NCBI GenBank assembly: GCA_001643675.2
Contig: LSRY02000042.1
Coordinates: 62,001-126,000, forward strand
Direction of reading: 5' to 3'
Origin: Monocercomonoides exilis PA203
Lineage: Eukaryota > Protista > Preaxostyla
DNA length: 64,000 bases
A program made the position numbers and the translations under genes. Positions 9,801-24,800 of the stretch are shown piece by piece. The notes under the pieces are model-generated. The model made no database searches. It was not told the DNA's origin and saw nothing but the letters and a program-made list of their open reading frames with translations. The first letter of the stretch is position 1; every line of letters starts with the position of its first letter.

Positions 9801-10587
9801 GAAACGTTATTTCATTCTAAATATCCAAGAGACGTTTCATCTGGAAAACCAACGCACCATCAAATGTTTGAATTTTTAGATTTTTCAGTCAAAAAATGAT
9901 TGTGTCACTATTAGAATAGCGAAATAAAATATAAATCACAAAGGAAAAAAGTGAAAGTTGAAAATCGCAAACCAAAGAAACTGTATTCACTTTTTGTGTG
10001 GAAACTTCAACTCGAAAGAAACTATGCTTAACCATCTGAAGCACAGTTAATTCTCATTCGAAAATCTCCCATGGTAAACTCGGATGTTTCATTTGATGAA
10101 AAAGAGTGTGGAAACGGAAATTCAGCTGGTTATTGAAAGCATTAGTTTTCTTCAAGTGAATATCCAACTGTAATTCCATGAGATATCGAAAACATAAAAA
10201 TGTTTTTCTTAACTTGCTACAATTGAAATAATTATTCTTTTTGGAAGGACATTTGAAAAAACACTTTCTGAATGATCCATTACAGTTAATTGCGTTTGTG
10301 GAATTATGAAATAAAGATAAAACTTTTATTTTTTGAATCAATAAGAACAATATTTTGTAAATCGGTATGACCTGAAAATGTGGATTTTTCAGAAATGTTT
10401 TAAACAACATATAATGAACTGAATAATGAAATTTGACAGTCTCATCAGACATGATTAAAGGTGAGTGGTGAGTTGTTCGTTTTGTTTCTTTTCATTGTTT
10501 TTTTTTTAACACATAATAAAAATAAATTGAATATTTCATTTGAATGGACAATTATTGTTTATTTTTGAACGTTAAAATAGAAAAATA

Positions 10588-10948
10588 CAGATATCGCACA
10601 AAATACAGAACAAGATCGATTTCACAATAACTGCAAAAGGAATAATTCTGACAATTTTCCTCAAAATATATCTCATCAACACAAACTCAATTGATGTCCA
10701 AAACTTTCAAAACAAACTCATTGGGATTCAAAAAAAAACTGTTTTTAAAATCTTGGAGAAATAGGATTTTGAGTTTCTCCGAGATTTGAAAAACAGTTTT
10801 TTTTTTGAACCCCAATGAGTTTGTTTTGAAAGTTTTGGACATCAATTGAGTTTGTGTTGATGAGATATATTTTGAGGAAAATTGTCAGAATTATTCCTTT
10901 TGCAGTTATTGTGAAATCGATCTTGTTCTGTATTTCATGAAATATCTG
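10588..10948. repeat. Long palindrome/foldback (arms ~160 bp, 12-nt spacer), MITE-like
   Basis: 10601-10761 is a near-perfect reverse complement of 10774-10935. Spacer is taggattttgag. Imperfect pairing extends to 10588/10948. Confidence 0.92.
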
Positions 10949-12801
10949 CATATTCGAAAGAAAAAATCAATAGTGGGCATTTGTGAATAAAACTTTTTTT
11001 CATGATTTATGTGATTATTTTTTGTATTAAATATTTTCTATGTAAATTTTCGGTTTTATTATTTTTTTGAATATTCAAAAATGTACATAGAAAAGAGGTG
11101 GATCTATTTAATTATGATTCCACATTTTTTTCTAATTAAACTTTTGCTTTTGTGATAACTTTTATGTATTTAACATTTGGAAAGAAATTTATTTGGCGAA
11201 ATACAAAAAACTTTCAAATTTTCAACATTAATGAAAAAGTTATGATTCCAAAAATAATCACTCATTTCATTATTCAAAAAATCTCGAAATAATAAATTTT
11301 TGCTTCATGTGCTTAATGCTGGAGCGTTTCGAATCAGTTTTTTTTTAAAAAAAAATATTATTGTTGATAAAGAACAAACTTTCATAAAAGTTGAAAGCAG
11401 AAATCAATTCACATTTATAATTGCTTTCATATTTCTTTTTGTGTAAAATACGGTTGCTTGTGGAAAATCTGAAAGTGGGTGATTAAAAATTGTAATATTA
11501 CACATTTATGTGTTTTATATATTTTTTTTTGCACAAAGTACAAAAAATTGAAAAACTTTTAAATTTATAAGACTTTCTCAGAATATTTTCAAATTAAATA
11601 TGACAACCTTTGTACATGAATTTAAAAAAAAAATGAAAAAATAAAAATAAAAAACATCTTCGTATATTTTGTCTCACACACATTCAAAAAATGAATCCAT
11701 TATTTTCCATTATTTTTTGATCACAAAAAGTTAATAAAAAATTCATAATATTTCAATAAAAATGCCTGAAGTGAAATATTTAACCTTATATCTTTTTGTT
11801 CATGAAATACTTATTATTATTATTTTTATTATTAGGTTTACCACAAATTTTTGATCTTCAAAAATGCTCTTGGAAGATCAAAAACTTTTTCATGATTATT
11901 AAAATATCATGATAAATTTCTGAGAATGAAATATTTGATAAACAGAAAATGTGATAACTTTGAAAACATAGTGAAAAAAACCAACAATCTGATTTTATTG
12001 AACTTGACAAAAACTAAATAAAGAAAAAAGGAAAAACTATTTAGCTCAGAAAAAGCTTTCGACATGATTTTGATCATTCAATTTTCGAGAACAAAAATAC
12101 TGTAATTCTCATAAATTATTAATAAATGGGGCAAAAGGGGATTATACGGCCAGTAATGATTTTTTTCTTGAAAACACCTAAAAATGTATCGAAACTGGGC
12201 TTGAAGAACTCATTAATAAAGTTCAGTCTATAAATTCTATTCAAAAGTTAAATTATCTATGAACGTAATAAATCTTAAAGAGATAATAATCTTTGATCAA
12301 ACCCATCATTTAACTTAATCATGTTTTCTTTTTGGTTTTTTTCCCCTATTAACTAATTTTAACAACAGAACTCAATGAATTAGGGTTTATCCTAAAAGAA
12401 ATTTCATTTTAACTTCATTTATAAAGATATTAGGGCTTCAATACGAAAATAATTTTTCTATCATAATTCAAAAATTGATAAATTATAAGTTTCTTCAAAG
12501 TCAAATTTATTAACAAAAATAGACTTTATCTTCTGTGCACTAATGATTTCCTGGTAGGAATATGAAAATGAAATCGTTCTGATATGAATTTTCACTGGTC
12601 GTATCATACCCATTTGCCATAAATGGATGTGATCGCTTTTTTTCCCCGACGTTGTCTTTCTTGTCTATTTGCACAAGTGATTTATCATGTGAATCACGTT
12701 TTTTGAAAAAAATCAATTATCCCATATTTATATATCGAAATAGAGAGTTTTCGAAGAAATTGAGAATATTTGTTGTTGCGGATTTCCGGTGGAGGCCGTT
12801 A

Positions 12802-15800
12802 ATGAGATTGCTATGCTGTATTTTTTTTGGACTAACATTGTGCTTTGCATCTGTTTCAGATTGCAAAGATAGTGAGCAGTTTCTGGTGTTGAATGTTTTT
12901 TTTGATTTGCAAATCAACATAGGTCCAGACATCAGCAATGCGAGTGTGTCTTTAATCTTCATAAAGATTTTTTTTGAAATATGTGCGTTTATGTATTTTT
13001 CAAAAATAAATTTCAATCTTTAAAAAGAGAATAATTCGCAAAATGCTCTTCTTTCGCATTTCACACTGGACAATTCGTCGTTAGCGACATTTCACTGCAA
13101 CATTTATCATTATTCTGCTGATCCAATTTTCGTATGCATTTGCGAATCATCTCTGTATATTTTTCAGTGTTCAATTCATTTCAAAGATACAATATGTTCA
13201 AGCCCAATCTCCTTGTCCGAGAGCGCGACAAGCTTGTTGAATATCAGTATTTGCTGTAGCTTGCCAACATTTATTGCTCCTCCCTTGATGGAATCCGATT
13301 TGCCAACTTCAGGTGCTTGCTGCGGGCTATTGTCGATATCTCATTGCTCGTTTTCCTCAATGACGACTTCGTCTGCACCATTTCTTTTTGCAGAAGGTGT
13401 CACTAGTGTCTCTGCTTTATATTCTGCATTTGAAAATATGACGAATAACCAAGCAGCGTATTCAGTTCATCATCCTTTTACAACCCCCTCTTCACATCAT
13501 TACACGTCAATCAGCCACTGCTCATTCTTTTCTGTAAGTAATGTGTATGATGGAGGGCTATTTCAATCTGTAAACTGCCCTCGCACATCACTAACTTCGT
13601 TGAACAACACATTCAGTTCTTGTAATCGATCATCGAACACTGATTTTTATGGAACTGAAGAAAGTCCCTTATCTCTGCAAAGGATATCCATTCCAGATGG
13701 AGGAGAGCATTCATTTGTTTGGTGTGAATGGAAAAATGCATCCCCAAAAGAAAATGGAGGAGCTATTTGTTTTGGTGGTGTTAATGCATCGGCTAACATT
13801 AGCTTTTGTCTTTTCGATAATTTGAATGACACAGATCCAGGGAATAGGACTCATGGAGGGGCTTTGTATTTTTACAAAATAGCAAGTGTTTTCATTAATG
13901 CATCAAATTTTAGCAAATGCAGTTCGGGCCATGGAGGAGCTATTTGCAGTTGTGAGCAATGGATTAGCGAACAATTCAAATATCTTTTTTTTGAAAATTG
14001 CTCCATTTCTGGTTCTCATGGAATGGTATGTTACTTACGCCCAAAATATCTTCCACCATCAGGAATCTTCATTCTTTCAAACAGTCAATTTGAAAAGAAT
14101 TCTGCTGGAGTCGCTGCAGGATGCATATTTATAAATGAGCCTATTCCGAACATTAACCTCTCAACACTTTTAATCACAGAAAACGTTTTTCTTTTCAACA
14201 CCTTAGATGGAACAACCATTCAGAATAATCGCAATGGAGGAACAGGAATGTGCTTCGATGGACTTTCAGACCAGGCTGTTAGAACATCCTTCATTAAATT
14301 TTGCTTTTTCCACAAAAACATTGCAAAAAACGGAATGGGAAATGATGTGAATATTAATGGAGGAGTAGTAAATAACAATCCATTTTTTGAATCTTTTTCT
14401 ACGACGATAGAAAAGCGAGTTTGGTACAACGGCACAGCGGATGGCGAAGTGTACAATGGATGGCTTCCTGTAAAGGTGATGCTTCTGACCCGATATGTTC
14501 ATGAGAATGGAAACGACATGGAAGAACTTTGTGGGATGAACGACTCAATTCCGTGCAGAACGATTGGGCATGCATTTGGAAAGGTGAGGAACGATGTGGA
14601 GTGCAGAGTGATACTGCTTGAATCAGCCTTTGCTCCATCTTCTGTGCTATCCATCAACAGAAACGAAGTCAAAATAATTGGAAATGGAACAGACAAGACT
14701 GTCATTCGGACAAGCATGCTGTCAAGTTCCTTAATGTTGTTCACTATCAATACCGGATCTTTGAGTGCATCTTCATTGACAATTGACCACAACACTGCAT
14801 CAGAAACAGTTGGGATATTATCTATTTCTGGTTCATCTGGGACAGCTCACCTGAAGCATCTTCTCATCACTTCGGTGAAAGCTCAGCCCACTTCTTTTAG
14901 CAATCTATTGTTTGACATTGCTTTCGGAAGCATTTCAATTGATTCCTGTATTGTGTCTTCTTTGAAAATAAGTACTCAATTTATCAAAGCTCCAATTTCA
15001 TCTTTTTCCGAGATATCAAATACACGCTTCACAGAGGTCATTCGAAGCTCAGGAAATGGAGGAGTCATTGAATGCAACCCAACAAATGAGGAGTCATTGA
15101 AGTTGAATAACATCTCGTTTTCCGGGTGCAAGTGCGAGAATGGAAATGGAGGATGCATTTCCATTATAATGCAACCTGGCTCAAAAGCGAGACTTGGAGA
15201 AATTGATTAGCTGACTTTTGCTGACTGTGGCTCACAGGGAGCAGGAAACAACGGATTTGGAGGGGCAATATTTCTGAAATTGGAGAACTCGGCCAATGAT
15301 TTTGTCTTTGACAAGATGACATTCACAAACTGTCGTGCTTCGCAATTCGGAAACAACATTTTTATTGAGGCGGCGAACTTCAGCCAAGTGATCAATGCAG
15401 AGCGGTTGAAGTTCAATCCTCAACTGAACGTGCTCACTGATCTGTGCGGGTATGAAAATGGTGATCGTTCGTTTGCGATTCCTCTTGTTCTTTTTCTCCG
15501 AAGCAAACCGAGCGAGTTTTATGTTGGAAATACGAATAAACGAGATTGGTACATGTGTGGATTTGTTGACGAGCAATGCTCAACAGTGGATTATGTGTTT
15601 CTGCAGCACAAAACATCAAGTGGAATGTCAATTGTTGTTGATGGAAGTTCCACCCTTTCGCGAGAGATATTTTTGTTCGATGGCTCCACAAATGTTAGAG
15701 GGATTGGATCTCAGACACAGCTCATCGTTAACAACAATTCGACAAAAAAATCAAGACGGGATGATTGTTAGCAGAGCGACAGTTTCTTTTTCGAGCATCA

Positions 15801-18800
15801 AGTTTTATTTGCCGAGTTCGCTGTCTGGAAGAGAAACTCTATTTCTGGTGCAGTCAGGATCTTTCTCGTCTGAACACTGTGCGCTGATGCTAATGTCAGA
15901 CACAACATTGTCTTTTGGATTTGTTGTCAGCACTGGTGGAACAAGCATAGTGAAGTCGCTTGTGGTGAAAGGATTCAAATTAGCAGAAGCACCGCTGATG
16001 ATTTCACACACAAACGGGCAATTGATTATTGATCTTTGCAACATTTCGAATACAACTGCCACATCAAATGAAGGAATAATTGAATGCACAAACGGAGGTT
16101 CGCTCACTCTTCAGAATTCAACGCTGGAAGGAATTGTGTGCAGCAGAAAGTCCCCCATATCGATTGAAAGTGTGAAAACAGTGAAAGTGGCAAAAATCAA
16201 CATGAAATCTGTCGAGCTTGCAAATGGAAATGGAAGTGCAATGAATATTGTGGTGAATACTGGAAATATTGTTGAGATTTGTGAATCAACGTTTTATGAT
16301 TGTTTGGCTTACTCGGGTTGTGGAGGAGGGATATATGTTTCGTTTGCTGGAAGCGGAAAGCTGAGTATCGGAAAAGAAGAAACACTCACATCATTCACCA
16401 AGTGCAGAGCAAGTGAAACAAGAACTCAATGCGGATGTGGCGGAGGGTTGTTTGTGAAGGCTGCTGGCCAGTTCAATGATTATTCGATTTCTTCAGTCAG
16501 CTTTATGAGCGGAGTTGAAAAAAACCATGCAGCGAAAGGAGGAAACAACATGTTTTTTGATGAGGGGAATTTGGCAGATTTGGTGAATTCTGGAAAAGTG
16601 AATGTGACGATCTCTACAAGCACAGCAGAATACGATGATGCAATGGGCTTCGAAAATGGAAATGATAATTATGCAATCCCTCTGGCTCTTTATTTTTTTG
16701 ATCCATTCCCTTTGCCAGCAGTCGTTGGAGGAAACAACAAGAGAGATTTCAGTGGATGTGGCCATTCCGGTTTTCCATGCTCAACAATCGCATTCACAGC
16801 CAATCTTCGTTTTTCTTTATCGGACAAAGACATTTTTCTTGATCCTTCATTTGTTTGGAGCGAAGAAACAGAAATGACGTCTGGAGAATGGAAAGTGAAA
16901 TGTGCGCAAAAGAACACAAGAATTGTGATTTCTCCTCCACTTCCAACAGATTCTCCCTCATTAATAGTTGCAACTCAGCCAGCAACAATCACGAATATCA
17001 CGTTTGCATTGCCATTGTCGCTCAACTCCAGAACATCCTTGATTCAATGCAACGGAAATAGCCTGATATTGAACAGTTGTGGATTTTCACGAATTAATTC
17101 TGAAGAGAGAAGCGAAATCAGTTATATCTTTGCAAGAATAAGTAGTGGAACATTTGTTGCAAATGGTTTTGTTGTTGTTGCAGAAACAAATAAAATTGCA
17201 TTTTCAGAGAGTCTGTTTTTGTTTGAGGGAGGAAGTTCGTTCACGATGCAGAGCTGCGAATTCAACGGAATAACCGTGAAGAACGGAAATGGTGGACTGC
17301 TTTACTCAAACGCGATTGGAGGAGACTCCGAGATTGTGATTGACGGATGCCAAATAAGTTCATCATGCGAAGACGGAAACGAGCTGAAAGGAGGAGCTTT
17401 GTTTGTCCAGAAACAGGGGAATATGGATGTCACTGTGAAGAACACCAGATTCAACATCTGTTGTGTGCCAAGCAGTGAAGAATTAAATGGAGGAAGAGGA
17501 TTTGGAGGAGGGATATATCTGCATATTACAGATAATAATGGAATTTATTCACTGAAAAACCTGACATTCTTTGAGTGCAAAGCGTGGAAAGGAAACAACA
17601 TATTTGTGGACGCCAACAACTTGACTGAAGCAGTTCGAGCGGATAACTTCCAAATAGCTTGGAGGGGGATGGACAAAACGGATTTGATGGGGTATGAGCG
17701 AATCTCCTGCAATCGAGAATATGCGATTCCTTTGGCTGCATTTCTGACTTCGTTTTCAGGAAGCGGATATGTTGTGGGTGAGGAAGATGGAGGATACGAT
17801 CACTCAGGATGCGGATTTCTATTTGCACCTTGCCATTCAATTGGCAGACTTGTGGAATTGAAATTTGGATCAGTGCAAGAGCAAGGCGTTGCTGTGGTTC
17901 TTCCATCATTCCAGTTGGACAGCTGCACAAGGCTTGCCTCGTGTTCTGTTTCAATTTTGGCAACAACAAAAGGCACATCAATTTTTGTCTGCAGCAACGG
18001 AAGTGTGGATAGTGATGGATTAATCGAAACAGCAGCAGATGCATCGATTTCAAATATCTCATTTTCGTTACCTTCGACCTTCGTTGAAACTCCTCGTTTG
18101 TGTTTAATTCTGTGCGAACAATTAACTTTGAGAGTTTCTAATTGCTCAGCGACAAGGCAAGTGGAAAGTGATGCAATTCAATTCAGCATTCTTTGTGCAA
18201 CAGGAGGTGAAGTGCATTTGGTTGAATTTGAGCTGAAAATAATTGATTTTGGAGGAGTTGCTTCCGTTGAGCTGAGCGGACAAGGAACATTATTATTCAT
18301 AGCAGGATGCACTTTTGAAGGGATTGAGAGCCAGACTTCACATGGGCTTATTCACTTGAGTGATGGATCCTCAACCGACATCAAAAAGCTAAAAGTCGAT
18401 GGCTCATCACTGGAAAGTGGCAGTATTATTTCGATTGGGGAAGGATGTGGAATGAAAATTGCATCGAGCGAATTGTCGAACGTGACTCGCAACAGCGGGA
18501 ATGGCTCAGTCTTTTCAGGAGTTGTTGGGCAAGGAAAGCGAGTGGAGATCAGCAACTGCGTGTTTTCAAAAGATATGTGCCAAGGAGAGATTCCATTTGG
18601 CGGGATGGGGGCATTGAATGTGTCGGATGGAGGAGAGCTGATATTCACTCTGAACAGAGTGGAGAGCTGCACAGCACTGGGAGCACAGGGATATGGAGGA
18701 GGGCTGCACCTGAAATACGATGCAAATGCACAGTATTCGATGAAGTCAAACACTTTCACAGGAAATCTTGCTTCAAAGGGAAATGACTTATTGCTGCTTT

Positions 18801-21800
18801 GCGGGAATCCAGAAACTCTGATCAAAGAAGATCTGTGGTTTGGAACAATCGACGAACTGAACACGCCCGAGCAAAGTTTCTGGGTTATGGACTCGGTTGA
18901 AAGCCTAGTTATTGACTATTCAATCAAGAAATATTTGTTTTCTGGAACAGGAGATATTATTTTTGTTGAGGCAGGAAAAAGCACTTTGCCAAACTGTGGA
19001 AGCGATGCGAATCCATGCGATCGATTGGAAGTTGGGATGAGCAACCTGAAAGAGAACCAAACGACTGTCCAGATCAACAACTACAACTGGGTTTCTGGGG
19101 AGATGAGAAGAGATGGGAAGTCGCTGACGATCCGTGGGGTTGCTGATAAATCTGAGCTGAGAATCGAAAGCAACGGATTTTTCAATGTAGTCGATGACCT
19201 AACACCAACAGTGCTTCTGCTCAACAGACTTGTTTTCAGACTTCCTGCCTCTCCTGCAGAAGGAAACGTTGGAGTTATTCGGATGAATGGCGGACGACTG
19301 ACAATACTAAGCTGCAAATTTGGAGGGAGTGAAGGTTCTGAAGAAGCTGGAAAGCTTTGGATCGTTGTTGGAGGAGGTGGAGAGATTCATTTTGAGAGCG
19401 TTGCCCTTTCACATATGACTTTTCTGTCGAGCTTCGGAATTGCTCGTATGGAGAGAGGGAAAATGTCCATCAATAATCTGAATGCGTCTCATGTTACATC
19501 TGAAGGAGATGGATTGATCCAGGAAATTGAAGGTAAAAGTTTTGAAATCAATGCTGCAAATATTACTGATTGCTCTGCTTCTGATGGAGGAATATTTGTT
19601 CTTTAGAATGTTGAGCAGACTTCAATTTCTGGAGGATGTGAATTTTTGAGATGCAAATCGATCAACAATGATGGAGGTGTTGCCAAATGTGAGCTTGCCT
19701 TCGAGAATAGATTCGATATGGAAAACGTTGAAATAAGTGAATGTGAAGCCAATGAGACAAGCGGAAGAGGAGGAGGCATTTTTCTTTGTTTAAGTGATGA
19801 TTCCACAAACAACTTCAAATTTGGAGAAATGGAGTTTATCGAAAATAATGCTTGGTGCGGGAGGGATTTGTTTATCAGCTGCTCTGACCTGAATCAAACA
19901 GTTAATAACAGTCGCTTCATATTTGATTTATTTGATGAAAATGGAGCATCTGTAGTGGATATGAAAGGCATGGACAGCACGCTATTTGATGGCGAAGCAG
20001 CTGATCTGCTTCTGTTTCTGGTTAAATACGAATCGGATGAGGTATTTGTTGAACAAAATGGCATTGAAGTGAGGGGATGTGGCAGTTTGAGTTATCCCTG
20101 CTTGTCTTTCTGGAGAGGTGTGAAAAACGCAAATTTGAGTTCTCCGAACAGAATTATATGGATCGGATCAAACGTTGTCATTCAAGATGAATATGATCTG
20201 TCCAATTTCGAGGTCAAATCTTCAGTCTCTGAAAAGCATGCAAAACTTGATTTTGTTTCTGAAATAATTGGTTCTGGATCTTCTTCTGCGATAATTGCCA
20301 ATTCGAAGAATCTTCAATTTTTCCTTGTAAAATTCTCATTGCCATCTGAATTCAGCACCAATCGTGAAGTTCTGATATCTTCTTCTCCTGAAAATGGGAT
20401 GCTTCATTTGATTGATTGTGCATTTTTAGCGAGACAGCAAGGCACACTTTCATATTCTCTGATTTCTGTGAATGGAGGAACATTTTCGCTGATTCGTTGT
20501 ACAATTGAAGATGCGAAGTTTGATTTCACGCCTATTTCTGCTTCTTCGGCTGTAATTGAAGCATGCAATATTTTTGGATCCAAGACAGAGAATGGGGAAG
20601 AAGGGGGAGCACTTCGAATTTCGTTGAAAGCAGAGCAGCAATTGATTCTCAACCGAACAACAGGAAAGAACTGTGAATGCTCATCGACAATTGGAAAAGG
20701 AGGTTTTCTTTTTGTTGACAGCACAGATTCAGAAAGCTCCTCTCCTTTTGTTTTTGATGCAATCACTTTGGAAGCCAACAAGGCGAGAATTGGGGAGCAT
20801 ATTTTCATTTTGTCGATTGATTTGAACTCAACAGTGACGTCATCTTCATTCATGTTTGATTATTCTTCAATGGAAAATACAACAAACCTTTTTGTGGGGA
20901 ATGATGATTCCTGCAATTGCACTGACTTCTTCAGATTTCTTGTGGGCTATTCAAGTTCCCAAATATATATCTCTTCACTTGGCTTTGATGTGAAGAGATG
21001 TGGAAGTGAAGATGATCCATGCTTTTCTTTCTGGAAGGGGATACAACAAATTGATCGAAGTGAGACAAAGAAGGAGATAATAATTCACAACAAAACAGTT
21101 TTGAAGGACAGCTTTGTTCTTTCTAACTTCAAGATATGCTCTGGAACAACAACTGAAGTGGAAACCAGCCATTCAACGTTGGCTGTGAACCAAGAGGAGC
21201 CAGCAGAAGGCAAAGGATTGATAAGAAATAGCAAGACGCTGACATTTTCGTGGATAATTCTTTCAGCAGAGTTTATTTGTGAAAATGGAGAGAAAGTCAT
21301 TGTGAAAAATGAAGAAGGCACTTTGTCTTTTGAAGATTGTTGGTTTTCTTTAACAAGCGCGGGCAATACTGCGCAAAACTACTTGTTTGTGGAAATGGTG
21401 AAAGGAGAGCTGAATGTTGATTATCTGAAGGTGGAGAGAGTCCACACAAAACGAGGTGTTTTCGATGTGTGTGATGGATGTGAATGCAGCGTGAACAAAC
21501 TGAGCATTCTTTCATCCACAATCGAGAGTGGAAGCATTATTAATGTGAAGGATGAAGACGTAGCAATGAGAAATAACGCGAAAACAACAATTGGAATTAA
21601 CGGATCAACTTTCTTTTCAGTTTCAAGGGCTGATGATGGACCGTGTGTTTGCATGAGCGATTGCAGCAACAGTGGTTGTATCGAAATGACCGTGAAAAAT
21701 TCTTCGATCGAGTCGTGCAAAGCTCTTTCGTCTGAGAAAGGAGGTTCATTTTTCTCTTTGCTGAGCTTAGATGGTTCACTGAAAGTGGAAGAGACACGAA

Positions 21801-24800
21801 TTGCTCAATGCTCTTGCTCCGCTGCTCGCGGAAGAGGAGGCGGAGAATATTTGGAGTTTTTGCAAAGAGGAGAATTGCTGTTTCTGTTCAAAAATGTGAC
21901 ATTTTCTGGAAACGAGGCATTTATTGGAAGAGACATTTTCATTGAATGCACAAATATTTCGAATCAAATCAACGAGACACAGTTTGCAATGGATTTGAGG
22001 GCAGATTCTTTCATCCGTCTCAATGCAATTTATGGGATTGACCCAACGCTCTCCGAGCCTGTTGATCTGATGGATCTGATCACGATATACCAGTCAGCCA
22101 CGATTGTTGTTTCGAACATTTTTGGAAAAGGAGGAGTGAATGATAGGCAGTGTGGTACAAGCACCCATCCTTGCTTATCCCTTGGATATGGTGTTGGCCA
22201 TCTTGTGGGAGACTTTCTGAGGATTGTAGCCATTGACGAGCAAAGCGAGATTGAAAAGGAAGTTGAGCTGAATGATATCACCATCCAATCGAAGAGTTTC
22301 ATAAAAGCTAAGCTAATTGTTTTATCTGCAATTACTGCAGCTGATTTAACATTGATTAAAGCAAAAGGAAGAAATCGCCTTGAATCAGTCGACTTCCTGT
22401 TTGCAGACTCATTTTCATCAAATCACGAAACAATTCTGGAAATTGACGAAGGAAACATGCTGATTGCCGATGTTACATTCAAGCCGGAGAATGCTAATAC
22501 AAAAGCTTCTTTGAATGAGCTTATCCGGATGGAAGGCGGAATGTTGTTGCTCAGTCAAGTTTCAATCGAAAGAATTGATGCAACGACTCTGTGCACATTC
22601 AAAAAAGGAGCGTGTCAATTTCGTTCAGTTTCTTTAATAGATGTGACATCACTTCGAGATCTGTTTGTTGTGTTATGCGAAAGCATCTCGATGAAGGAAG
22701 TGGAAATAAAGAATGTGGAAAGCCAGAAGAGCATCCTCAGTTTGGATGGAGCTGAGAACAAAGTGCAGAGAATCTCAATGAGTGCTTCTTTATCAGAATG
22801 TATTGTCTCCAACGCATCTTGCAGAGGAAATAGTCCGATGATTTGTATCTGTAACAGAAGAAATGTGAGCTTGTCGAATTACTCTGTTATTCTTTCTCTG
22901 TCACAAGTTGAGAAAGGAATGATGATATCTTTGCTTTCTTGTTCTGAAATTTTTATGGATTCGTGTTCTTTCAAAGGAGAATTGGGAGCTTCAAAAGAGA
23001 ATCGAACGAATGAGAATTTGGCAGCTGTTTGCAGATGGAACGGATCTCTTGTTAACTTCGAGCAAAGCGTCGCCTTCATGAAAGACACAACGATCTCCAA
23101 TTCATCAGTTGGAGGGTTGTCAGTGTCAGGTGGAAGTATCGAAATAACAAAAGGAGAATTTCTCGACAACAATCCCAATATTGAGGGATACGCATCGGCT
23201 CGAAGAAACGTTCACTGTTCAGATTCCGGAGTGTTGAATGTTGTAAGCTTGAAAGGAGGAGATGGAGTGAAGGATAACTCATCTCTTTGGATTCTGAGCG
23301 ATGACTGCAAATTAGATGGGATAGCAGGTGAACGAATTTCTCCATTCTTCATTCCCATTTTGGATTCCGCAAAAATGGAAAAAGAGATTGATTCGGCAAA
23401 GATTGTTTTTGAGGGTTCGTTGCTTCTTCCGTGCAATCTTTCGTTCCAGCTTGTGGTGTCCATTGGTGATGAAAAGTCGATCACTACGTTTTATTTCAAA
23501 GAGGATTCATTTGAGTTGGAAACATATGTCTTCTCTTTTATCAATTCAGACTTAATTAATTCAGCTCCCAATGAAGCAGAGATTTCAGTGAGAATTCTGT
23601 TTGGAACGTCAGATGCTCCTTCCTTCACTTCTGCAGCTGTGCTGAGGAACAGAAGCGAACCCGAAGCAAAAACAGACGAAATCACTGTTGAAAGTGGAAA
23701 AGGATATGGTTCTTCTTCAACAGTTTTAATAATTGTATTGGTAATAATTTTGTTGATTGTTCTTATAGTTGCCATTGTTCTGGCTGTTCGATGGAAGAAG
23801 GTGAAGAATGAAGCAGAAGATCTGAGAGAGATTGTGAATGACAACATCAGAAAAGATCCGAAAGCGTTTGAGATGGTGACGATGGAGATGTCACCGGAGG
23901 AGCAGTGGCGAAGAGCAGAGAGGGAGGCAGAGAAGAAGAATGAAGAAAGGATCAAGAAGAGAATACATGAGACGAATATGGAGCACTCAGAATCATCAGA
24001 GCATCTTCTATCTGAAAGTGGATCCACTGAATATATCCTTGGAAGAGACTCAGATAAGATTCCTCAATGGATGTTAGAAAAGGTAGATGAGAAAGAAGAA
24101 GAGACAAAGAAGAGAACTCCATCTCCGTCCATTTCATCCACTTCAACAACAGACACTTCAGACACAGATACCACTTTTGTTCGATCAGAGAGCATGTGCC
24201 CCACCACCTCTTCTATGTCGAACCTGGTGGATGCAATGGCCTGTTCATCGCCTCATGAGAAATTGATTGTGGATCTGAGGGATTCATTGTTCATGCTTCT
24301 TCATGGAAGGAACAAGACAAAGGAGATGGCGATTGGAAGTCTTCAGCAAAGAGAGCAGACAGCTGCTCAGATCCTGTTTTGGGTGGCGAATGGGGCTCTC
24401 CATTCATTTGATGAAATGGAAAGTCCTTTTCAATCATTGAACAATCTGAGTCCTCACATTGTTCTTTTCTCCGAACACATGGTGATCTGCATTGTGATGC
24501 ATTCAGACTTATTGTCAGATGATAACTCAGATTTTTCATCCATTTCTTCATCAACGGTTGTGACTTCTGCAAGTGATGATGAAGATTCTCTTCCCTCGTC
24601 TGCCTTTGAGGACGAGGATGCCTTCAAAAAAGAGTGCATGAGGTGGAAGGCTCCTGAGCTACTGATGAACAAGAAGTTGGGAGCAACAAAGAGCTCTGTG
24701 GCATTTTCAATTGGGATGATGTTGTGGGAGTGCCTGACTCTGCAGATCCCGTTTGGGGATTTTGAGGGGGAGGTGGCAGGCCAGAAGATCGTGAATGGAG

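Noticed and set aside
12380-12388. ttagggtt telomere-like motif
   Set aside because: A single unit, expected by chance.
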